A stretch of DNA of 64,000 nucleotides from Desulfobacterales bacterium. Lineage in GTDB: Bacteria > Desulfobacterota > Desulfobacteria > Desulfobacterales > UBA2174. The notes under the pieces were generated by a model. That model did no database searches and had not been told where the DNA came from. It saw only the letters and a list, made by a program, of their open reading frames with translations. Positions within the stretch are counted from its first letter, which is position 1, and every line of letters begins with the position of its first letter. A program made the position numbers and the translations under genes. Shown in pieces: positions 36,140 to 46,228 of this stretch. The stretch lies in contig CAXXWC010000015.1 in NCBI GenBank assembly GCA_963668645.2, forward strand, positions 1 through 64,000, read 5' to 3'.

Positions 36140-37099
36140 GTGGCCTTGGTCGCGATCGGCAAAAAACTGTTGCGGCTCCTCCTGGTGGTCTGGCTGGTGA
36201 CGGTCCTGACCTTTCTCATGGTCTCGATCCTGCCGGGGGACGCCGCCTTCACGCGGACCGGATTCGAGGCCTCGGCCGACGACGTCCGGGCCGCCAGACA
36301 CGAAATCGGTCTGGATCGCAACGTCATGGTCCGCTATGCCCTGTGGGTGGGGGATCTTGCCAGCGGCGATCTCGGGACTTCCCTGATTACTCGTGAGCCG
36401 GTGTTCGATGCCATCTGCGCCCGCCTGCCGGTCACCGTCGAGCTGATGCTCCTGGCCCAGCTTATCGCCCTTTTGCTGGCCGTTCCCACCGGAATGCTCA
36501 CCGCCTGCAAACCCCACACGCTCATCGACAAGGCGTTCATGGCCGTGGCCTTTGCCATGGTCTCGATGCCGGTCTTCGTGATGGGCATCGTGCTGATCTT
36601 CTGCTTTGCCGTCAAACTCCAGTGGCTGCCAGCCACCGGATATGTCCCCCTCTCCCAAGGCATCTGGCCGAACCTGCGCGCCTTTGTCATGCCGGCGGTG
36701 AGCATCGCCATGGTGGAATGGGTGGTGCTGATGCGGGTGCTCAGAAACGACATGATCGACACCCTGCAGCAGGAGTATATCCTCATGGCCCGGTCCAAGG
36801 GGGTGCCGCCCGGCCGGATCCTCTTGCGCCACGCCCTGCGGCCGTCGCTCTTCACCCTGATCACCATCGTCGGGATGCAGGTCGGATATCTGGTCGGCGG
36901 GGCCCTGGTGGTGGAGACCATCTTCGCGTTGCCGGGGATCGGGCGGCTCCTGGTGGCGGCCATCTATGACCGGGACGTGACGGTGATCCAGGGGTGCGTC
37001 CTCTTGATCACCATCGCCTATGTCCTTATCAACGCGGCGGTGGACATCGCCTATGGCGCTCTGGACCCGCGGATCCGCAAAGGGGGGACGGTTGGCTGA
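36140..37099 (+). CDS. ABC transporter permease (DppB/OppB-like)
   Basis: GDLGTS, EYILMARSKG (EAA loop), VETIFALPGIG; start approximate. Confidence 0.93.
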   Translation: MALVAIGKKLLRLLLVVWLVTVLTFLMVSILPGDAAFTRTGFEASADDVRAARHEIGLDRNVMVRYALWVGDLASGDLGTSLITREPVFDAICARLPVTVELMLLAQLIALLLAVPTGMLTACKPHTLIDKAFMAVAFAMVSMPVFVMGIVLIFCFAVKLQWLPATGYVPLSQGIWPNLRAFVMPAVSIAMVEWVVLMRVLRNDMIDTLQQEYILMARSKGVPPGRILLRHALRPSLFTLITIVGMQVGYLVGGALVVETIFALPGIGRLLVAAIYDRDVTVIQGCVLLITIAYVLINAAVDIAYGALDPRIRKGGTVG

Positions 37100-37958
37100 A
37101 CCACTGCGGCAGGCCGTGCGCCCCGAACGGCTGGGCCCCGCCTTCTGGCTCGCCTGCCTCTGGGTCCTGGCCCTCGCGGTTTTGGCCCTCGCGGCGGACC
37201 ACCTCCCCCTGCCTGCTTGCGACCGGATGGACTGGCGCCACCTGGAAGCCCCGCCGGGCACCGAAGCCCCCCTGGACCGGTCCGTTTTCCTGCTGGGCAC
37301 CGACACCATGGGCCGGGACATGGCCGCCCGGATCATCCACGGTGGGCGCATCTCCCTTCCGGTGGGGCTCCTGCCGCCCCTGATCGGGCTGGTGATCGGC
37401 GGTTTCCTCGGTCTTCTGGCCGGGTTCTACCGCGGACGCACCGGATTTTTGATCATGGCCTTGATGGACGCCATCCTCGCCTTTCCCGCCATGGTCCTGC
37501 TGCTGGTGATGACAGTCCTCTTTTCCCCCGGGCTGGGCAACATCATTCTCGCCATGGGGCTGATCACCATCCCGTACTTCGCCCGGGTCGCCCGGGCCAA
37601 CACCCTGGCCTTGGCCCAGCGGGAGTTCGTCCAGAGTGCACGGATGCTCGGGCTCGGCGATGCGGCCATCATGGCCGGAGAGATCCTTCCCAACATCGTG
37701 ATGCCGCTGGTCGTCTACGCCCTGCTGCTCGTTTCGTACATGATCGTGGCCGAAGGGACCCTGGGCTTTCTCGGGCTCGGCGTCCCCGCCCCGGCACCGA
37801 GCTGGGGCGGGATAATCGCCGACGGCAAGGAGGCCCTGGGCGAAGCGCCCCATATCAGCCTGATCCCGGCGCTCGTGCTCTTTGTTACCGTGCTGTCCTT
37901 CAATGTCATCGCCGATGCGGTCAAACGGGTGTTCGCCTCGCAGGAGTGCCGCCTGTGA
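37092..37958 (+). CDS. ABC transporter permease (DppC/OppC-like)
   Basis: LGTDTMGRD, EFVQSARMLG, LGFLGLG..PSWG; TTG start overlapping the upstream stop. Confidence 0.92.
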   Translation: MAEPLRQAVRPERLGPAFWLACLWVLALAVLALAADHLPLPACDRMDWRHLEAPPGTEAPLDRSVFLLGTDTMGRDMAARIIHGGRISLPVGLLPPLIGLVIGGFLGLLAGFYRGRTGFLIMALMDAILAFPAMVLLLVMTVLFSPGLGNIILAMGLITIPYFARVARANTLALAQREFVQSARMLGLGDAAIMAGEILPNIVMPLVVYALLLVSYMIVAEGTLGFLGLGVPAPAPSWGGIIADGKEALGEAPHISLIPALVLFVTVLSFNVIADAVKRVFASQECRL

Positions 37959-38962
37959 ACCGGATCGCCCCAGCACCGGCAGAACCCCTCCTCGAGGTCC
38001 GGCACCTGTCGCTGCGCCTGCCCACGGCAACGGGCGCGGTGCAGGCTGTCACCGATGTCGGCTTCAGGCTCGAGCGGGGCAAGACGCTGGCGATCCTGGG
38101 CGAATCGGGCAGCGGCAAAACAATGCTCTGCCGCACCCTGATGGGCCTCCAGCCCAAGACGGCCATCCTGGCCAGAGACGCCCGGATCATCCTGGAAGGA
38201 GAAGAGATCGCCGGCATTTGCGAAAAGGCCTACAACCGGATCCGCGCCGCCAGGATCGCCATGGTCTTCCAGGACCCCCTTTCGGCCCTCACGCCGCTGA
38301 TGACCGTGGGAAAACAGGTCGCCGAGCCCCTGGTGGTCCACCGGCGGCTGGGCCCCGGGCCGGCCCGCCGCCGGGCGGTTGAACTTCTGGAGGCCGTGGG
38401 GATCGCCGAACCGCAGCGGCGCGCCGGCCAGTATCCCCACGAGCTTTCCGGCGGGATGCGCCAGCGGGTGGCCATCGCCGCCGCCCTGGCCTGCGATCCG
38501 GTCCTCCTGATCGCCGACGAGCCGACCACCGCCCTGGACGTCACGGTCCAGCAAAGCATCCTCGATCTGCTCTGCCGGGAACAGGCCCGGCGCAAGATGG
38601 CCCTGATCCTGGTCACCCACGATCTTCACATCGCCGCGGGCCGGGCCCATGAAGCGGCCGTGATGTATGCCGGCCGGATCGTGGAGCAGATCCCGGCGGC
38701 CGCCCTTCTGTCCGGGGCCGTGATGCCGTATACCCGGGCCCTGATCGATGCCCTTCCCCCGGTGGACCGGCCGCCCCATACCGCCCTTTATCCCATCGAG
38801 GGGCAGCCGCCGGACCTGAAAAGGCCGATCCCGGGCTGTGCCTTTGCCCCCCGGTGCCGCCGGGCAGACCGGTCCTGCGACGAATCGGCACCACCCCTCG
38901 CGCCCGGTCCGGGGCCGAACCATCGGGTGGCTTGCCGGCATCCGTTCGGGATGGTGCCATGA
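37955..38962 (+). CDS. ABC transporter ATP-binding protein (DppD-like)
   Basis: GESGSGKT, LSGGMRQR, IADEPTTALD, GCAFAPRC. Confidence 0.95.
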   Translation: MNRIAPAPAEPLLEVRHLSLRLPTATGAVQAVTDVGFRLERGKTLAILGESGSGKTMLCRTLMGLQPKTAILARDARIILEGEEIAGICEKAYNRIRAARIAMVFQDPLSALTPLMTVGKQVAEPLVVHRRLGPGPARRRAVELLEAVGIAEPQRRAGQYPHELSGGMRQRVAIAAALACDPVLLIADEPTTALDVTVQQSILDLLCREQARRKMALILVTHDLHIAAGRAHEAAVMYAGRIVEQIPAAALLSGAVMPYTRALIDALPPVDRPPHTALYPIEGQPPDLKRPIPGCAFAPRCRRADRSCDESAPPLAPGPGPNHRVACRHPFGMVP

Positions 38963-39957
38963 ACCGGTCATCCCCCCTGCTGGCGGTCAGCCGCCTGACC
39001 GTCTCCTACCCCATGGGCCGGGGACCGGCCTGCCGGGCCGTCTCGGGGGTGAGTTTCCGGTTGGAAAAAGGAGAGACCCTCGGCCTGGTGGGCGAATCGG
39101 GGTGCGGCAAGACTTCGCTGGCCCGGGCCATCATCCAGCTCCCGCCCCCCACCGCCGGCGAGGTCCGCTTTCACGGAGAAGACCTGACCCGTGCCGCCAA
39201 AGACCGCCTGCGCCGGCTGCGGCCGCGGTTTCAGATGATCTTCCAGGATTCGGCCTCGGCCCTCAACCCGCGGCGGCCGGTGGGAAAAACCATCGCCATG
39301 CCGCTTTCGGTCACCGGGCGCATCTGCCGGGACCGGCAGTCCGCCGCAGCCCGGAAGATGCTCGCCGCAGTGGGCCTCGATCCGCAAACGGCCGGCTGGC
39401 GCCCCTACCGTTTTTCCGGCGGCCAGTGCCAGCGGATCCAGATCGCCCGGGCCCTGATGGCAAGGCCTGAGCTGCTCATCTGCGACGAACCGGTCTCGGC
39501 CCTGGATGTCTCCATCCAGGCCCAGATCCTCAACCTGCTGGAGCAATGCCGGCGCCGCTACGGGCTGACCCTTCTTTTCATCTCCCACGATATGGCGGTG
39601 ATCAAAAACGTCTCGGACCGGGTCATGGTGATGTACCTCGGCAAGATCTGCGAGATCGCGCCGACCGAAGCGATCTTCCGCCGCCCCGCCCACCCGTACA
39701 CGGCCACCCTCATCGCCGCCATACCGGCCATGGGCAGAAAGCGGCATCGCTTAAAAGAAGCCGCTGCGCACATAGAAATCCCCTCCCCGCTCCACCCGCC
39801 GCCCGGGTGCCGGTTCCATCCCCGCTGCCCTTTCCGGCGGCCGCAGTGCACCCGGGCCGAGCCCGCCCTCACGACCGTGGACGAGGGCCGGCAGGTGGCC
39901 TGTCACCATCCCTTGGATCTGCTGGCCGAAACGGATCGTCGCCGGCTTTCGCGTTAA
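38959..39957 (+). CDS. ABC transporter ATP-binding protein (DppF-like)
   Basis: GESGCGKT, FSGGQCQR, CDEPVSALD, GCRFHPRC. Confidence 0.95.
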   Translation: MNRSSPLLAVSRLTVSYPMGRGPACRAVSGVSFRLEKGETLGLVGESGCGKTSLARAIIQLPPPTAGEVRFHGEDLTRAAKDRLRRLRPRFQMIFQDSASALNPRRPVGKTIAMPLSVTGRICRDRQSAAARKMLAAVGLDPQTAGWRPYRFSGGQCQRIQIARALMARPELLICDEPVSALDVSIQAQILNLLEQCRRRYGLTLLFISHDMAVIKNVSDRVMVMYLGKICEIAPTEAIFRRPAHPYTATLIAAIPAMGRKRHRLKEAAAHIEIPSPLHPPPGCRFHPRCPFRRPQCTRAEPALTTVDEGRQVACHHPLDLLAETDRRRLSR

Positions 39958-40070
39958 AATGCTTTCGGGATTACAGGTTGTGGGAAACCGATTTTTGAAT
40001 CGCCTCACCGGAACGATTGGTTCTCTTAAAACCTTAAAACGGGCTATTTCTTGATCTTAACCCGCACCGA

Positions 40071-40898
40071 TTAAGCATCCAGCTTGTTCTGCCGCTGCTC
40101 TCTGCCACCGTCAGCGGCCATACGCCAGACAACGCTGCCGCAGCCGGAAAAGTCGACAAGCCCGGCAAAAAGGGCTTTCACCTTTTCGCAACGTGCCGGG
40201 TAGTCCAGGGCGGGAAAAAGGGAGGCGGACTGGGCCGGTATGGAAAAAAAATCGATGAGAAAATCGGTGTCCAGGGGACGTATCCAATGGTGGTGGGCCA
40301 CCGGGCCGCGAATACGGGCAAGGGCCTGGCAGGCCTTATCGTAGTCGGTGATCACGCGAAACCGCGGCCTTGCCTCGCCCAGTCGGTCAAATGCCAGATC
40401 CAAAAGATCCGCGCCGTCTGGGCCGGTAAGATTGGGGTAGAATGAAAAGGCGATCTTTCCACCCGGGTCAAGGCAGGCGGCGGCCTCTTGCAGGCTCCTT
40501 TCAGCGTCGGGGAAGATGAACAGAGAAGCGTTGTACAGCACGAAATCGAAACGGCGGCCGGCGGCCACCTCGACCAGGCGTTCGCCGTCTCCCACCACGA
40601 GCTCGACGCTCCGGGATGCAACATCCGCCCTCCCGGCAGCGACCATCGCCGGCGAAAGATCCACCCCCAGCACCGTGCAGCCGAATTGTTCGCTGAGCAC
40701 CCGCGCCGAAATCCCATTGCCGCAGCCCACATCAAGGATCGCTGAACCGGGGCGCACCCCGACCCACCGGGCCAGCTCGGCACTCAGGGCCGCGAAAAAC
40801 CCGTGCTTGTCCTCGAAAGCCTGGTAGATCGCCAAGCTGCGGTCGAAGTTGGCGGCAACGTTCTTCTTGACCTTTTCCCCAAAATCACCGGATCCCAT
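40071..40898 (-). CDS. class I SAM-dependent methyltransferase
   Basis: ILDVGCGNG, GVDLSPAMV, GDG, FDFVL, LDPGG. Confidence 0.88.
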   Translation of the reverse strand: MGSGDFGEKVKKNVAANFDRSLAIYQAFEDKHGFFAALSAELARWVGVRPGSAILDVGCGNGISARVLSEQFGCTVLGVDLSPAMVAAGRADVASRSVELVVGDGERLVEVAAGRRFDFVLYNASLFIFPDAERSLQEAAACLDPGGKIAFSFYPNLTGPDGADLLDLAFDRLGEARPRFRVITDYDKACQALARIRGPVAHHHWIRPLDTDFLIDFFSIPAQSASLFPALDYPARCEKVKALFAGLVDFSGCGSVVWRMAADGGREQRQNKLDA

Positions 40899-41263
40899 CC
40901 GTCCACCTTTCCTGGCCCCCTGGGGCCTGCGCGAGCCCTGGTAGCAATGCCATATAATCTACGCCGGTTGGCCAAGCCATTTGGGCCGGCGCGCATCGGC
41001 GCCGGCTTCTTTGGCCAGCACGCCCGGACCGACTTCCACCCGCCCGAATTCGACAACCTTAACCGGTACCCACGATAAGGGCGACCGGCCACCTCGTCGC
41101 CGGGTGGCCGGGGTCTAAAACCTATGCCGGAATCGACTTGCATTCAAGTCACAATTAGCATCCTGCCCTGCCAACCGACCCAACGCATCGACATAAGCCG
41201 GACATCTGAAAACTGTTTGAAAATCGGCTGAACGTCCAAGGAATTGCAGTTTGTCACCCCGAC

Positions 41264-41450
41264 TTGGTAGCCATCATCAAAAAGCGCCTCGGCATCGACC
41301 AGAGCCTCTACACTATTTTACAGATCCTGAGTCTTACCCTATTCGAAAAAACGATGCTTTTTCATCTACTTGATGTTAGTGGTCACGATAAGTCGGATAA
41401 GGATTCCCATATCCAATTGAAATTATTCGACTCCTAACCGGACACTACTG
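41264..41450 (+). mobile_element. IS4-family remnant: transposase C-terminus and right end
   Basis: Own translation LVAIIKKRLGIDQSLYTILQILSLTLFEK..QLKLFDS* (stop 41437), followed by CCGGACACTACTG, an IS4-type terminus. Confidence 0.78.
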
Positions 41451-41652
41451 ATATTTAGTGTAATATATAATTAATTTCATGTTTACGCGCGGCAGAAGGC
41501 AGACATAGGAATGGCGCCAATATTCTACTCCCCGCAATTTAAGGCGGTCAGGCTCAGAATTTCATTATTAGCAGGGGGCGGTGATCGTTTGGCGCACGAT
41601 TATTTTGACATCACACCGCCTTTCGGCAATGATCAGACGACGAACCGCCAAT

Positions 41653-42627
41653 ATGGAGCCCCTTATGCCGGAATCGCTGTCGAAAGACGATATCCGCCGG
41701 ATGGCGAACAGATGGGTTCCGGCCTCGAAGAATATCGGCCGGATCCATTACGACACCAGCGATTTTTTCAATGTTCAATACGGGGATATCGCTGTTCTCG
41801 ACAACAAGGCCTTTCTGGTGCGACACAATGCCAAGGAAGGGCGTTTCGGGGTGGATGACGAGGTCAAGCATTGGGTAAAGCGCTGCATCGATCTGCAGGA
41901 CGGCAGTCTGAAAGTCGTCAAGCTGGTGTTTTTTGAAAAGTTCAGGGCCACCATCGCCGATTTGAGTTTCGAGTGTTTCCGCAGCCCGCTAAAGGAGGCC
42001 CGGATTCTGGATCTGGTGGCGGATCACGAAAATTTCATGCACGGCTATTCGGTCAAAGATGAGGCCGGCAATATCGTGCGGGTCATCGACTACATCTACG
42101 GCAAATCACTTCATGCCTTTATCCATGGCCTTTCGATGGACCATGAAGCGTACTATCATCAGACTTTCCCCGACATTTTCAAAAACTTTGTCCAATGCGT
42201 CCAGGCGATCGATTTTCTTCACCACCATCTGGAAAAACACGGCGATATCCGGCGGGATCATATCATCATAGACCGGGAATCGGGCCGCTACCGGTGGATC
42301 GACTTCGACTTCAACTACATGCACCGCGAAAACATGTTCAGCTACGATCTTTTCGGACTCGGCAACATCCTGATATTCATTGCCGGCATGGGGGATGTGT
42401 TAATCGGCGAGCTGAAGAAGAAAAAGCCCGAAATACTCGAAAGGTTGAACCCTAAAGATCTCAATATCGTATTTCACAACCGGGTGGCCAACCTGAAAAA
42501 AGTCTACCCATACATTTCGCAATCGCTGAACCGGATATTGCTGCATTTCTCCACGGGTGCGGAGATTCATTACGAAAATACGACCCAGTTGTTGTGTGAT
42601 ATGGGTGAAGTTCTTCAGTCACTTTAG
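41653..42627 (+). CDS. atypical protein kinase-like protein
   Basis: EGRFG, VVKLVF, E helix, HGDIRRDH catalytic loop, WIDFD, DLFGLG; start uncertain (41653, 41665 or 41701). Confidence 0.75.
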   Translation: MEPLMPESLSKDDIRRMANRWVPASKNIGRIHYDTSDFFNVQYGDIAVLDNKAFLVRHNAKEGRFGVDDEVKHWVKRCIDLQDGSLKVVKLVFFEKFRATIADLSFECFRSPLKEARILDLVADHENFMHGYSVKDEAGNIVRVIDYIYGKSLHAFIHGLSMDHEAYYHQTFPDIFKNFVQCVQAIDFLHHHLEKHGDIRRDHIIIDRESGRYRWIDFDFNYMHRENMFSYDLFGLGNILIFIAGMGDVLIGELKKKKPEILERLNPKDLNIVFHNRVANLKKVYPYISQSLNRILLHFSTGAEIHYENTTQLLCDMGEVLQSL

Positions 42628-42714
42628 CGGTCAAAATCGGACAAACATTTAACGCAAAAAACGAACGTTCAGGGCCTGTAGTCACAACAACGGCCGGAAG
42701 AAGGAGGCGCCCCG

Positions 42715-43185
42715 ATGGAAAATTTCTCCGAAAGGTCCATCCGCAACATTCTGATTGCCGTTGATGAGTCCGAAAACAGCCGCCGGGCGGTTAAATATGT
42801 CGCCGATCTGCTCGAAGGGCTGCATGGTTTCCGGTTTTTCGTGCTGCATATCATCAATGAGCCGGGGGAGGACTTTTTTGCCTCGAACCGGGACAAAGAA
42901 GCCTGGATGGCAGAAAGGCATCGCGGCGCCAAGAAAATCCTGGCCGGCGCGAAGGATCTGTTGGAAAGCCGGGGCTTCGACCCGCAACTGGTGACAACCC
43001 GGGCCAAGGTCAGGTATTGTCCTTCGGTGGCCGAATGTATTTTACACGAGGCTCAACTGTCACGGTCCGAAACCATCGTGGTCGGCCGCAAGGGGGTTTC
43101 ACGGCAAGAAGAATTCCTTTTCGGCTCGGTTTCCAACCGGATCATTCACAAGGCCAGGGACTGCACCGTTTGGGTGGTGGAATGA
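42715..43185 (+). CDS. universal stress protein
   Basis: ILIAVDESENSRRAV, IVVGRKG..FGSVSNRII..CTVWVV; AGGAGG RBS. Confidence 0.93.
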   Translation: MENFSERSIRNILIAVDESENSRRAVKYVADLLEGLHGFRFFVLHIINEPGEDFFASNRDKEAWMAERHRGAKKILAGAKDLLESRGFDPQLVTTRAKVRYCPSVAECILHEAQLSRSETIVVGRKGVSRQEEFLFGSVSNRIIHKARDCTVWVVE

Positions 43186-43279
43186 GCGTGCCGTACCGGG
43201 ACGGTCCATCAATCTCCGACCTGCATGCGGCCGCGGCCCCGGAAAACGCACCGCCCCACAGAAAGGGCCGCACGACACC

Positions 43280-44197
43280 TCAGACGGCACCAACCGGATT
43301 CCATTCCGGTAGTCCGCTTTTCATCATCTGGCCGGGCAATGGGTGGCCCAGCATCTTTTCAAGTTGTTTTGCCGCTTCGATCAGGCCGTAAAGATCCATA
43401 CCGGTCGAAACGCCCATTTCCTCGAACATGAAGACCACGTCCTCGGTGGCCAGATTCCCGGCCGCCTGGGGCACGTTCGGGCATCCGCCGATGCCGCCCA
43501 GGGACGTGTCAAACATGGTGACCCCGGCCAGGTACCCGGCGTACAGGTTGGCCATTGCCACGCCCCTGTTGTTGTGCAGATGGAGGCAAAAGTTTGTCTC
43601 CGGCAGTTCTTCCTTGAAAAAAGAGACATCATCGTGAATCTGAGCCGGATTGGCCAGTCCGGTGGTATCGGCAAGCGAGATCCGGTCGGCGCCCCCGTGG
43701 ACGAAGTGCCTAGCGATCTTCAGGACATCCTGCCTGGGAACCCGGCCCTGGAAGGGACAGCCGAAGGCCACGGCTATCACCCCGCAAACAGGCACCTTCC
43801 TTTCCCGGGCCAGTGAAAAAATGGCGCCCAGATCCCCAAGAGACTCACCGATGCTGCGGCGCACGTTGGCCTGATTGTGGGCCTCGGAGGCCGATACGAA
43901 AACGACCAGGCGATCCGCACCGGCCTCCAGAGCCCCCTGGGCGCCTTTCAGATTCGGCACCATCACCTCGTGCGTCATCGGTCCCCGAGGCACTCTGGCC
44001 ATCAGCCCGGCGGCATCCTTGAGCTGTGGGATCGCCCTGGGACTGACAAACGACGTCGTCTCCAGGTACTTGACGCCGGCTTGTTCCAGCGCCCGGATCA
44101 AGGCGAGCTTGTCTTCGGTGGAAACGAAGTCTTTTTCCGACTGCAGCCCGTCACGCAGGGCCACCTCCCTGATGATTACCTTGGATGGTGCATCCAT
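43280..44197 (-). CDS. hydroxymethylglutaryl-CoA lyase-like (DRE-TIM)
   Basis: LRDGLQSE, SFVSP, LADTTG, HLHN, GGIGGCP, GNLATED. Confidence 0.88.
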   Translation of the reverse strand: MDAPSKVIIREVALRDGLQSEKDFVSTEDKLALIRALEQAGVKYLETTSFVSPRAIPQLKDAAGLMARVPRGPMTHEVMVPNLKGAQGALEAGADRLVVFVSASEAHNQANVRRSIGESLGDLGAIFSLARERKVPVCGVIAVAFGCPFQGRVPRQDVLKIARHFVHGGADRISLADTTGLANPAQIHDDVSFFKEELPETNFCLHLHNNRGVAMANLYAGYLAGVTMFDTSLGGIGGCPNVPQAAGNLATEDVVFMFEEMGVSTGMDLYGLIEAAKQLEKMLGHPLPGQMMKSGLPEWNPVGAV

Positions 44198-44242
44198 GTG
44201 AGCTCCCCGTTTGGACTTTAAGGAGACCTTTTTCACGGCCCC

Positions 44243-44686
44243 CTATGAATCGGCGCAATATTCGGCCAACTCCAGCAAGATGCCTTCCGGTCCGTAAAAG
44301 TAGACCAGTTTCTTGCCCAGCTTCTCGTAGACGAAAACCTCGCTGAGAAATTCAACCCCCCGGCTGCGCAGCCGCGCCATCTCATCTTCGATGTTTTCCA
44401 CCGTGAAGGCCAGGTGCCGGAAACCGATGGCGTTGGCCATACCGGGCGCGCCGGCCTTTTCCGAAGGCGGATGATCGTAGGCAATCAGCTCGACCTTGAG
44501 ATCGGTTTCAGGCAAAGCCAGGCGCACGTAGCGCGCAACCACGCCCTCCAACCGGACGACGGCCGATATCCACGGCCCGGACAGCTCGGAAGCGTCTACG
44601 GCGGCAAATCCGAACATCTCGAAAAACCTCTGGGCCGCCTCCAGGTCATTGACGACGATGTTGATATGGTCCAACCCTTTGATCAT
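44243..44686 (-). CDS. VOC/glyoxalase-family protein
   Basis: DHINIVV, VELI, RHLAF, GPEGILLEL metal-ligand pattern. Confidence 0.88.
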   Translation of the reverse strand: MIKGLDHINIVVNDLEAAQRFFEMFGFAAVDASELSGPWISAVVRLEGVVARYVRLALPETDLKVELIAYDHPPSEKAGAPGMANAIGFRHLAFTVENIEDEMARLRSRGVEFLSEVFVYEKLGKKLVYFYGPEGILLELAEYCADS

Positions 44687-44689
44687 CTT

Positions 44690-46096
44690 TCAATAAACCT
44701 TTGAACCGAAGTATTCTCCGAACAGCTCCTTTTCCGAAGGCCGGTCCTCCGGGATGGGACGGCTGACCCAGGTGTAGTTCAGATAATGCTTCAAGTGAAT
44801 GTTTTCGTTAGTGATGTTGTTTCCCCAGAAGCCGCACCCCAGGCTGGCGGTCATGGGCATGCCGTTGGTAAAGGATCCGGAGTTGGAAAGCGAGGTCGGC
44901 TGGCGCACCATGATCCGGCTGACCGGCGCGGTTGACGCCAACCGGTCGATATGCGCCTCGTTGTGCGAATAGATGCTGCACGAATGCCCCCTGCCGCCCA
45001 CGCGAAAGATCGCCTCCATCATTTCCATGGCCTGGTCGAAATCGGAAAACCGGTATACGGCAACAATCGGAGAAAGCTTTTCCCCGGAAAAAGGATGCGC
45101 CGGCCCGATTTCCTGCTGCCTCACGATAAGAAATTGTTTACCCTCGGGCAACGCAAAACCGGCCTTTTGGGCGATTTTACCGGCCGAGCAGGCGACGGTG
45201 TCCACGGCCCTTGCGCCCTTCTCGTCCCACAAAGCGGCGGTGAGCAGCTCCTTTTCCCGATCCGAGAGCAGATAGCCGCCTTCGTTTTGCAAGGCTGCCA
45301 GGAAATCCTCGTAGATGTCTCCGGACACCAGTGCGTTGCCGTCCGCCGAACAGCCGGAGCCGTTGTCAAACATTTTGCTGTTTTTGACCAGTTGGGCCGC
45401 ATCGGCGACCTCAGCCGTCTCGTCAACGATGATGGTCGCGTTTCCGGCGCCCACCCCGAATGCCGGCGTGCCGGAACTATAGGCCGCCTTGACCATGGCG
45501 CTCCCGCCGGTGGCCATGACCAGATCGCATTTGGCCATCAATTCGTTGGTGAGGGCAAAACTCGGCCGGTCGACACACTGGAAAAGGTCCTGGGGAATGC
45601 CCTGATCGGCCAGCGAACGGCGCAGCACCGCCACGGTTTCCCGGATGGTTTTCAGGGCCCTCGGGTGGGGGCAGAAAATCACCGCGTCCTTGGCCTTGAG
45701 GGCGAACACGGCGGTGACCGCCGGGGTCATGGCCGGGTTGGTGGTCGGCACCAAAGAGACGATGACCCCCGCGGGTTTGGCGTATTTGACGATGCCCTTT
45801 TCAGGAATTTCCTCGACCATCCCCACGCTTTTTTGCCGCAGGCAATCGCGCAGCACGCCGTGGACTTTAAAGCGCTTGGCCGGCCGGCCTTGCCAGTCCC
45901 CGATCCCGCTCTCCTCGACCCCCATCCGCGCCAGGCGGGTGAAAGTGGTCTCGTTGGAAACGGCCCAGCCGACAGCCCGGCAAAGCCGATCGACCGTTTC
46001 CTGTTCATAATCGGCAATCGCCGCCAGGGCGCGACGCGCATTTTGGATGAGTTCTTCGGTATAAGACGCCTGGTCCGCACTTAATTCTCTAGCCAA
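44690..46096 (-). CDS. CoA-acylating aldehyde dehydrogenase (SauS-like)
   Basis: PTTNP, ATGG..MVKAAYSSG, GVGAGN, KMFDNGSGC, GEKLSP, LGCGFWGNN; C-terminus PSEKELFGEY resembles SauS; TTG start. Confidence 0.85.
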   Translation of the reverse strand: MARELSADQASYTEELIQNARRALAAIADYEQETVDRLCRAVGWAVSNETTFTRLARMGVEESGIGDWQGRPAKRFKVHGVLRDCLRQKSVGMVEEIPEKGIVKYAKPAGVIVSLVPTTNPAMTPAVTAVFALKAKDAVIFCPHPRALKTIRETVAVLRRSLADQGIPQDLFQCVDRPSFALTNELMAKCDLVMATGGSAMVKAAYSSGTPAFGVGAGNATIIVDETAEVADAAQLVKNSKMFDNGSGCSADGNALVSGDIYEDFLAALQNEGGYLLSDREKELLTAALWDEKGARAVDTVACSAGKIAQKAGFALPEGKQFLIVRQQEIGPAHPFSGEKLSPIVAVYRFSDFDQAMEMMEAIFRVGGRGHSCSIYSHNEAHIDRLASTAPVSRIMVRQPTSLSNSGSFTNGMPMTASLGCGFWGNNITNENIHLKHYLNYTWVSRPIPEDRPSEKELFGEYFGSKVY

Positions 46097-46228
46097 TTTT
46101 GACCTCCATGTTGGTTTTAAAATCCGTTGGGATCCGTTTCATTCAGATACCTGTCCCTGTGCCCGGATGGGATGCCATCTTCGGGTGGTGATGAATCTAC
46201 CTGGCAAGACCAATCTTGCCGGCCGCTT

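Noticed and set aside
34726..37351. 533-aa and 492-aa minus-strand ORFs
   Set aside because: Antisense to well-supported ABC operon genes; no motifs.
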